Shown here: one piece after another, positions 60,722 through 64,000 of the stretch | Layout: every line of letters starts with the position of its first letter | How positions within the stretch are numbered: the stretch's first letter is position 1 | DNA from: Dongiaceae bacterium | GTDB taxonomy: Bacteria; Pseudomonadota; Alphaproteobacteria; SHNJ01 | Direction of reading: 5' to 3' | DNA: 64,000 nt | Assembly: GCA_050182275.1 (NCBI GenBank) | Contig: JBFXCK010000006.1 | Location: 23,759 to 87,758 of the forward strand | Made by a program: the position numbers and the translations under genes | The notes under the pieces: model-generated | What the model saw: only the letters and a program-made list of their open reading frames with translations | What the model was told of the DNA's origin: nothing | Database searches by the model: none

Positions 60722-60743
60722 ACAACTCGATCTTTTTTCATGA
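59409..60743 (+). CDS. Overlapping-frame protein, probable beta subunit of the C5 methyltransferase
   Basis: 444 codons open in +1 frame; six WxT repeats; LNPLFVEWLMGWP; TGA overlaps next ATG. Confidence 0.75.
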   Translation: MVWLFLPPDAIEHARKAEPCSEFPSAPELAASISDSTSPSQNIELWLTSNGNPTQRPLSWRGWKMRPWIALLSGTMLPLSMADRGAAWWISFTAATRANHFPSPDASSATKTRAISGRTSPASFQKSSLPCVSSKTSADIYDWASSKSTMTFDKWVIALRRGCLLRRKSARPTGANGSSSWLTPRAQETSEKQETFVRRNGDRTDQCFGSLTAQTALWPTVTATDGTKGGPNSRHGSGSLHLPAAAVQQQWYTPNVPNGGRSNPKEMSATGALPNGKKRQVGLENQAVQIWPTPMANPNSNRQTKPTPSQLKGEHGLNLAMVAVTHTWPTPRACSGKRSSGANRTELVRSWATPTTRDWKDGTATADVKTNCLLGRQAPRSMSDGMESRLTLNPLFVEWLMGWPIGWTDCGSAATGLFRWLQLMRSELSRLLQTSTDEQLDLFS

Positions 60744-61719
60744 GCGTCCGCATATTACAGGGAGATTGCCGCGATCTGCTGAAGACGCTGCCCGATGGCT
60801 CCGTGCATTGCTGCGTGACATCGCCGCCATATTTCGGTTTGAGAGATTATGGCATCGACGGCCAGATGGGATTGGAAGAAACGCCGGACGATTACGTTCA
60901 GCAGCTTGTTTCCCTCTTTGATGAAGTTCGCCGTGTGCTGCGTGATGATGGAACTCTGTGGCTCAATCTCGGTGATAGCTACGCCGGGAGTGGCAAAGGC
61001 CGCAATGCTGACGGAACGCATAGCGTCGGCGGAAAGCAGGATACAAATGTCGGTACCAATATCGGCAAGCTGGCAAAGACAGCGGCTCCATGTTGTAAGC
61101 CCAAAGATTTGATTGGCATTCCCTGGCGCGTTGCATTCGCGCTGCAGAAAGCTGGCTGGTATTTGCGGAGCGACATCATATGGCACAAACCAAATCAGAT
61201 GCCGGAGTCAGTGACGGATCGCCCGACCAAGGCGCATGAATACATTTTTTTGTTTAGCAAATCGCCGACCTACTTTTACGACGCCACGGCGATCCGCGAA
61301 GAGCAAACAGAATCCTCTCGCGTTCGCTCCCAATACGCATGGCGCGGGCGCACGGATGACGGCAGCAACGGCGCGCGCGGTGGGTCAACCTTCAAGCGCA
61401 CGGCGGCCAGCGGCGAAAAGATCGGCACATCCCGGCAGACGGCAAGCGCAACAAGCGCAGCGTCTGGACGGTCGGAACGCGCCCATTTAAGGGCGCACAT
61501 TTTGCGACCTTCCCGACGACGCTAATCGAACCGTGCATCCTTGCTGGTTGCCCGGAAGGCGGCACGGTACTGGATCCCTTCGGCGGCGCTGGCACGACTG
61601 GACTGGTGGCAGAACGCCTGCGGCGCAACGCCATATTGATTGAACTGAACCCCCGTTACGCGGCGATGGCCGAAGAACGGATTAGAACGGATGCGCCGAT
61701 GCTGGCGCGGCAGGATTGA
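60740..61719 (+). pseudogene. N4/N6 DNA methyltransferase with internal frameshift
   Basis: TSPPY in first frame; HFATFP and VLDPFGGAGTT only in the -1 frame after ~61430. Confidence 0.85.
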
Positions 61720-61723
61720 TTTC

Positions 61724-62971
61724 ATGGCTGAAACAAATACACGCATGGCCGATCGCATTGAGATTTGGCCGGTGGGAAAACTTGTCCCTTACGACAAGAA
61801 CCCGCGCACCCATTCGACGGAACAGGTAAATCAAATTGCGGCAAGCATCGCTGAATTTGGCTTTTTGAATCCTATTCTCGTTGATACGACGGCGGGGATC
61901 ATTGCAGGGCATGGCCGCCTCCAGGCGGCAAAGCAACTCGGCCTCGCGCAAGTCCCTGTCGTCGTACTTGATCACCTGACGGAAGCGCAAAAACGCGCCT
62001 ACGTCATCGCCGATAATAAGCTGGCGCTCAACGCTGGCTGGGACGAAGATTTGCTGCGCTCGGAAATGGCGGCGCTGGCAGCGGAAGATTTTGACCTTCC
62101 TCTCATTGGCTTCTCGGACGAGGAGCTGGCCGGTTTGTTGGCCGAGCCAAATGTTGTTGAAGGCCAAACGGACGAGGACGCCGTTCCCGAAGCGCCGGAA
62201 ACGCCGGTCAGCAAGCCTGGCGATCTCTGGCGGCTTGGCAACCACCTTTTGCTTTGTGGCGACAGCACCGTGCTGGCCAATGTCGAGAGGGTGCTGAATG
62301 GTGCGTTGGCCGACATGGTGTTCACGGATCCACCCTATAACGTGGATTACGGCAACGCCGCTAAAGACAAAATGCGCGGCAACAAGCGCACAATCATGAA
62401 CGACAATTTGGGCGAAGGCTTCGAAAAGTTTCTCTACGATGCCTGCGTAAACATGCTGACGGTTTGCAAGGGGGCGTTGTATGTTTGCATGTCCTCCAGC
62501 GAACTGCATTCCCTGCAAAAAGCCTTCACCGAGGCGGGCGGCAGATGGTCAACATTTGTCATCTGGGCGAAAAATACCTTCACGCTGGGCCGCGCCGATT
62601 ATCAGCGCCAATACGAGCCGATCCTCTATGGCTGGAAACAGGGCAACGATCATTATTGGTGCGGCGCGCGCGACCAAGGCGACGTCTGGTTCGTCAACAA
62701 GCCGGTACGGAACGAATTGCACCCGACCATGAAGCCGGTGGAGCTGGTTGAACGCGCTGTGAACAACAGCAGCAAAAGCCGTGACATCGTGCTGGATTGT
62801 TTCGGTGGCTCCGGCACCACGATGATCGCATGTGAAAAGCTGAACCGCCAATGCCGGATGATCGAGCTGGATCCCAAGTACGTCGATGTGATCGTCAAGC
62901 GCTGGGAGGAATTTACAGGACGGAAGGCGGAGTTGATGCCGCCTGAAGAAAAAACCACGCCGGACGATTGA
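61724..62971 (+). CDS. ParB-N domain + N6/N4 DNA methyltransferase
   Basis: NPRTH, AGHGRL, ADNKL; DPPY, HPTMKP, DCFGGSGTT. Confidence 0.93.
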   Translation: MAETNTRMADRIEIWPVGKLVPYDKNPRTHSTEQVNQIAASIAEFGFLNPILVDTTAGIIAGHGRLQAAKQLGLAQVPVVVLDHLTEAQKRAYVIADNKLALNAGWDEDLLRSEMAALAAEDFDLPLIGFSDEELAGLLAEPNVVEGQTDEDAVPEAPETPVSKPGDLWRLGNHLLLCGDSTVLANVERVLNGALADMVFTDPPYNVDYGNAAKDKMRGNKRTIMNDNLGEGFEKFLYDACVNMLTVCKGALYVCMSSSELHSLQKAFTEAGGRWSTFVIWAKNTFTLGRADYQRQYEPILYGWKQGNDHYWCGARDQGDVWFVNKPVRNELHPTMKPVELVERAVNNSSKSRDIVLDCFGGSGTTMIACEKLNRQCRMIELDPKYVDVIVKRWEEFTGRKAELMPPEEKTTPDD

Positions 62972-62999
62972 TTGTCGTCCAGTGCGGCGGTGGGGATTA

Positions 63000-63359
63000 T
63001 TACTGTTTGGTGCGAGGGCCAGAAGCAATTTTATAAATGCGCTGCTCGTCTTTTGGTTTGTCTGACACGATTTCGTAGCCGCGTTTTTTGGCCAGCGCAT
63101 GGGACAGGGCGCTTCGGATCGTGTGTTTCTGCCAGCCCGTCGCGGCCACCATGTCCTCGATGGTGGCGCCTTCGGGGCGTGACAGCAGTTGAATGACCGC
63201 CTCCAGCTTGGTGTCCTTGCGGATGGGCATGTTGGCGACGGCATCCAGCGCCTTCTTCATCGGCGCGGACGGTTTTTTGGGATTGCTCTTTTTGGGAGCG
63301 GTTTTGGCCTTGGCCGATTTCGCGGCCTTGGCTTTTTTGGCTTTGGGTTTTGTAGGCAT
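63000..63359 (-). CDS. DUF3489 domain protein
   Basis: TK...VI.LL.RPEGATI..M..ATGWQ.HT.R; Lys/Ala-rich N-terminus. Confidence 0.88.
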   Translation of the reverse strand: MPTKPKAKKAKAAKSAKAKTAPKKSNPKKPSAPMKKALDAVANMPIRKDTKLEAVIQLLSRPEGATIEDMVAATGWQKHTIRSALSHALAKKRGYEIVSDKPKDEQRIYKIASGPRTKQ

Positions 63360-63379
63360 AAGCGTTCTCCTTTCTTCCC

Positions 63380-63413
63380 CATGAACGCTTCATTCCGAAC
63401 ACTTATCCAGTCA
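63380..63413 (-). promoter_or_regulatory. Motif B, copy 3
   Basis: TGACTGGA-N10-GAATGAAGCGTTCATG on the minus strand. Confidence 0.75.
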
Positions 63414-63470
63414 ATTATCGAGCAATCTGATGGCTTTCTTCGGCCTTAACGGATCATGGAATGATGTACT

Positions 63471-64000
63471 TTGAGCAAAGGTTTATCGATTACCGCATAT
63501 GCGCGGCATCGCGGCGTGAGCCACGTCGCTGTATTAAAGGCCATCAAGGCGGGGCGCATCGAAAAGGAAGCCGACGGCACCATCGATCCCGCGAAGGCCG
63601 ATGCCGCGTGGGAGCGCAACACGAACCAGGCGCAAAAACGCAAAGCGAAGAAGCCGAGCGACCCGCCGCGCCCTGATGACGGCGAAGCGCCCGTTGGCCC
63701 GCCCATCGTCAATTCCGGTCCCAGCTTCGCGCAGAGCCGTGCCATCAAGGAAGCGTATAACGCACGCCTCGCCAAGCTGGCCTATGAAGAAAAATCCGGC
63801 GCGCTGGTGAAAACCGACAGCGTCAAGGTGGCCTGGTTCAATACGCTGCGCGTCCTGCGCGACCGTGCATTGAATTTACCAGATCGCCTTGCGCCGCTGC
63901 TGGCGGCAGAGACCGACCCGAAAATCGTCCGCGACCTTCTTGAAGAGGAATTACGCACCGTCCTGAATGACGCCGCCGAAGCCATAGCGAATTTACAGAT
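63471..64000 (+). CDS. Terminase small subunit-like protein (partial)
   Basis: Translated by hand from TTG: MSKGLSITAYARHRGVSHVAVLKAIKAGRI...G.LV...LRDRALNLPDRLAP. Confidence 0.75.
   Translation, partial: MSKGLSITAYARHRGVSHVAVLKAIKAGRIEKEADGTIDPAKADAAWERNTNQAQKRKAKKPSDPPRPDDGEAPVGPPIVNSGPSFAQSRAIKEAYNARLAKLAYEEKSGALVKTDSVKVAWFNTLRVLRDRALNLPDRLAPLLAAETDPKIVRDLLEEELRTVLNDAAEAIANLQ

Larger units (their letters stand above)
35850..64000. mobile_element. Prophage-like integrative element (serine-recombinase type) with Czc and Cus cargo; continues beyond window
   Basis: Next to tRNA-Tyr; recombinase, sigma factor, primase-helicase, cos-like site, MTases, terminase small subunit. Left boundary approximate. 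Confidence 0.88.

Overview
Alphaproteobacterial chromosome segment in two parts. (1) ~1-35.8 kb is host core: three tandem periplasmic substrate-binding proteins, csp, cyclophilin, ccmF, HDAC-xseB-ispA-tlyA (dxs absent), sppA, fabI, DnaJ, 17-kDa surface antigen, pdxH, fieF, a furan/methylated fatty-acid cluster plus fasciclin, a complete Tad/Cpa pilus locus, tRNA-Thr, rlmB and tRNA-Tyr. (2) From ~35.85 kb to the end is a prophage-like element next to tRNA-Tyr. It carries DUF2924 + large serine recombinase, its own sigma factor, a primase-helicase with an iteron origin, a lambda-like cos site, three DNA methyltransferases and a terminase small subunit, plus two heavy-metal RND cargo operons (Czc, Cus). 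Main observations: (a) both efflux operons lack a two-component regulator in the window and instead start with a secreted Cys/His-rich leader ORF ending in (R/K)PP(R/K), whose last codons pair with the SD of the next gene, consistent with a metal-sensing ribosome-arrest switch; (b) a C5 methyltransferase is encoded in two fully overlapping frames, the second with six WxT repeats and a QLDLF clamp motif; (c) two element-specific repeated promoter/operator motifs. All calls are by eye from motifs; no database searches were run.
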